In this document: positions 60,915-64,000 of the stretch, in pieces | How the letters are laid out: each line of letters starts with the position of its first letter | Numbering within the stretch: position 1 is the first letter of the stretch | Origin: Promethearchaeota archaeon | GTDB lineage: Archaea; Asgardarchaeota; Lokiarchaeia; Sigyniarchaeales; SOKP01 | Direction of reading: 5' to 3' | DNA length: 64,000 nucleotides | Assembly: GCA_016926735.1 (NCBI GenBank) | Contig: JAFGOA010000215.1 | Span: 20,578 to 84,577, forward strand | The notes under the pieces: generated by a model | The model's input: the letters and a program-made list of their open reading frames with translations, nothing else | Database searches by the model: none | What the model was told of the DNA's origin: nothing | Made by a program: the position numbers and the translations under genes

Positions 60915-61514
60915 ATGATAATCAATCAATTACAAAAAATAATTCATCTTAAAATCGTTTATTTTGGACCAGCTCTTTCAGGTAAAACTACTTCATTGAA
61001 ATCATTATTTAATCATTTTGGAAAAAAAGAAGATGTAAAAAGTATAGAAAGTAGTATTTCTCGAACTTTATTTTTTGATTATGGTATAATTATGTTTCAA
61101 AATGAACAATGGCAGCTTAAAATAAATATTTATTCTACAACTGGACAAGATTTTTATGTAATAACAAGACCAACTGTATTAAAAGGAACTGATGGTATCA
61201 TTTTTGTAGCAGATTCAAATATAGAATCTTTCAAAAGAAATATAATATCATGGAAAGAATTAGAAAATTATTATCCAAAAAATATTTTTAATGATTTTGC
61301 TAAAATAATCTGTCTGAATAAACAGGATCTCGTAAATAAATTCAAAGTAAATGATTTTTTAAAGGAAATTTGGTATCAAAGTTATAAAAATATAAAACTA
61401 AAATATACAATAGCTCTAAATGGGGAAGGTATTCTTGAATCTTTTGAACAATTAATAGCTATGATTTTTAATAAAATATACAAATATGAAATGCCATTAA
61501 AATTTAACAATTGA
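60915..61514 (+). CDS. MglA-like small GTPase
   Basis: KIVYFGPALSGKTT (G1), RTLFFD (G2), STTGQ (MglA-type G3), GIIFVADS, NKQD (G4). Confidence 0.88.
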   Translation: MIINQLQKIIHLKIVYFGPALSGKTTSLKSLFNHFGKKEDVKSIESSISRTLFFDYGIIMFQNEQWQLKINIYSTTGQDFYVITRPTVLKGTDGIIFVADSNIESFKRNIISWKELENYYPKNIFNDFAKIICLNKQDLVNKFKVNDFLKEIWYQSYKNIKLKYTIALNGEGILESFEQLIAMIFNKIYKYEMPLKFNN

Positions 61515-61622
61515 AATTCAAAATATTATTATTATAATCATAAATAAAGATAAAACCTATTTTCTTCTTTTTTTTATAACAGTATTTAAGGATTTATTTT
61601 TTTTCTATTAATATGTAATGGT

Positions 61623-63112
61623 CAGTAATCCGACAGAATTCAATCTTTAACTACTCACCTCTCCTGATTTTTTCTCCATAGAAAGAAATCTCTCTTTCAA
61701 AAAATCATGATTTTGATGGAGAGTCCATACTGATTTCCCTTGAGGTTTTTTTATATGTTTTTCGATTAAAGCTCTATTCATTTTCCATGAGTTATAAAGA
61801 AGGAAGCGAGCTAACATATCTAAGTATCTTACATTATCGTGGTTTGATTTCCATCTATAATTAATTCGATTTAAGTCGGAGAATCCTGTCTCGATTAACC
61901 ATCGTCACCGATAAAAAGAGGATGTGCGGGATGCCCAAGAACTTGTATTACATCTAGGACGCTCTTTCGTCATAATGACAAATAATCTCTTCTGAGCCTC
62001 CTTTAGAGATATTTTCTTATTTTGAAAATCTCTCTTGATTGATTGAAGAGAAAAACCTTGCTTTGCTCTAATTATTAGAGAAACAATGATTGAAAAATGC
62101 CGTTTTGCTTCTGTAGCTGTTGAGAACACGTATCTGCGAACCCGATTTCTCTTCCCTTTTAAATAATTCTCTATAAAGAGTTTTATTTTCTTATAAAATT
62201 TTGCTGGAATTAATACATTACCGCCTCTTTTTCTAACAGCATCCAGGAGTTCAGCTCTATAGAATTCACGATCCATAAGTATATATTTCAGCTCGAATCC
62301 TAAATCAAGTAAATGATCAAGAAATTGGATGATAATGGGAATCTTAGATTTCCCCTGAGGTACATGCTCTAATCCTGCATAAAGATGGATATTACGAGAT
62401 AGAACTGAAAATCCTAAGTAATGACGCATTTTTTTCGTCCCCTTCTGCCGAGTTGTTCCTTTTATCATTGGATCGTTTCGCTTTCCATAATAAGGATGCT
62501 CTGTAAAATCAATTAGAATATTAATCTTTTTTGAAATGATTTTTTGTTCTAAGGCTTCCTTTAGTTGCGCATCAAGACATTCTTGTAATATTTTCCGAGC
62601 AAAATTCAATCCTATTTTACGTAAATATTTGTTAACCTCAGTTTGATGTGGTATTTCTCGTTTTTTTCGACCATCTGTATATATCTTCCGTCTTCCTTTT
62701 CTTTTAGTTAAATAATACTCATTGAGCATTTCGCTCGTATTATGGATGGATCTACCAATGATTTCAGAGAAAAAAACACCCTTAAATGGTCAATATCATC
62801 ATATCGTCTGTTTTTCCCCTTTTTAAACTTCCATGTTCGAGATATGATTATATTGCAAAACTTTTTAAAAAATGCCAGCATATTATGATTAGAAAGAAGT
62901 GATTTAATTCCAGAATTCAGAAATGAATTAGGAAGTGATTTATTTATGGGCATAAATAAATTAAATCATTTCTTTCTTATAAATATTGACTAAAGATTCT
63001 ATAATACATATTTTTAGAAATTTAATTATTTAGATATGTAAATAAGAACGAAATAAACGAATATTAAAATAGTGTTCAATGGGATTTATGATATTTACTT
63101 CCTTTGATACTG
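61623..63112 (-). mobile_element. Decayed ISH3-like (IS4 superfamily) insertion sequence
   Basis: Higher GC; DDE transposase; both putative ends begin CAGTA (61623 on +, 63112 on -) but the TIRs are imperfect and no target duplication is evident. Confidence 0.65.
61647..62953 (-). pseudogene. DDE transposase with frameshift and internal stop
   Basis: IDFTEHPYYG, LMDREFY, YR*RWLIETGF (TGA at 61905-61907; frame continues to TAA 61647); frameshift at the T7 run 62770-62776. Confidence 0.85.
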
Positions 63113-63233
63113 TTTATAAAAAAAGATACAAAACTTTAATAATAATCTAATTGTATTTAAATATGTTTTTTCATTAAATAGATTATATATTTTTGTTAAA
63201 ACCCAATTAAAATTAAAGTTATCAAATATAAAA

Positions 63234-64000
63234 ATGTCAATAACTTTCATTTTAAAAAAATCAAAAAAAGTATTAGTAGATCGATTCCACAATTCAAACT
63301 TTGTTGAAAAAGCTGTAAAATTTTCAATTTTCACATATGTAGGAACATTTTTAATATGCAATTTTCTCTCTATGGCCTTTGGGAATAAAAAATATACTCC
63401 TTTTTTTAATGTTATTAGTGATCTAGGTTTAAATAGATATAACCCCATACCGATAATATTTGATATAGCATGTGTAGCAACGGGTCTTTCTTTAATTCCC
63501 TTTAGTTTTTATTTACTTTATATTTTGAGAAAAGAAATTGAAGATAATCGACTTATAAGAAATGTTAGATTAGTAAGAATTTGTAATCATATTGCTTTTA
63601 TCTCATCTATGGCAGCAAATATTGGATTTATAGGAGTAGGGATTTTTAGTCTTGAAAGGAATTATCTAGGTATTCATGATTATTCAGCTGGAACTATTTT
63701 ATTGGGATTTTCATTTTTGACTTTTTCTATGGGATTATTAATTATGAGATATAAAGTCATAATACCTTCCTTATTTGGTATTTGTGGATTTTTAACAGCT
63801 TTTATTATGCTTTTGATTTATATGATTTTTAGATATACAAATTTTCAAATTGCCCCAATTTATGAATGGATATGGCTATTTTCTGTTATATTTTGGACTT
63901 GGGCCTTTATATTTTATATCTTAAAAAAATCCAAGTTTTTTACTAATCAATATTTTATTCACACATATATTATCCCACGACAATTTATAAAAAAAAATAA
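63234..64000 (+). CDS. DUF998-like multi-TM membrane protein, open at the right edge
   Basis: Not in the ORF track. ATG 63234; NVISDLG, GVGIF, IHD, YEW; ~6 TMs; no stop before the window end. Confidence 0.75.
   Translation, partial: MSITFILKKSKKVLVDRFHNSNFVEKAVKFSIFTYVGTFLICNFLSMAFGNKKYTPFFNVISDLGLNRYNPIPIIFDIACVATGLSLIPFSFYLLYILRKEIEDNRLIRNVRLVRICNHIAFISSMAANIGFIGVGIFSLERNYLGIHDYSAGTILLGFSFLTFSMGLLIMRYKVIIPSLFGICGFLTAFIMLLIYMIFRYTNFQIAPIYEWIWLFSVIFWTWAFIFYILKKSKFFTNQYFIHTYIIPRQFIKKN

Noticed and set aside
61905-61907. In-frame TGA as selenocysteine
   Set aside because: Falls at a basic-residue position of a transposase that is also frameshifted; no Cys-homologous site and no SECIS recognised.
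63095-63448. 117-aa minus-strand ORF
   Set aside because: Shadow of the + strand DUF998-like gene starting at 63234.
1-64000. tRNA, rRNA or provirus
   Set aside because: No GC-rich cloverleaf or rRNA-like stretch, and no integrase, capsid or terminase ORF seen.

Overview
Very AT-rich archaeal chromosomal segment. Gene content (uL16/L10e, GatA/GatB, CofE, Roadblock and longin-like domains, MglA-like GTPase, many double winged-helix regulators, NosD-type surface protein) points to an Asgard archaeon, most likely Lokiarchaeia; this is inferred, not from a database search. Highlights: (1) a metal(loid)-methylation locus in which a class I SAM methyltransferase is fused to an HgcA-type corrinoid/membrane protein, followed by an HgcB-type ferredoxin, divergent from a Cys-type ArsR and an ArsB/NhaD-type permease; (2) three tandem paralogues with a 7-repeat (beta-propeller-like) ectodomain, two of them continuing through 3 TM helices into a cytoplasmic double wHTH (candidate transmembrane transcription factors) and one a membrane-anchored surface form; (3) several genes whose conserved N-termini can only be translated from ATA/ATT codons downstream of a GGTGA-type Shine-Dalgarno motif; (4) longin-like domains fused to PAS/GAF, 7TM and TPR modules; (5) a duplicated two-gene unit with reciprocal nonsense mutations; (6) IS200/IS605-like end/omegaRNA-like remnants, a stand-alone OLD nuclease and a decayed ISH3-like IS. 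No rRNA, tRNA or CRISPR array was seen. All family calls come from reading motifs by eye.
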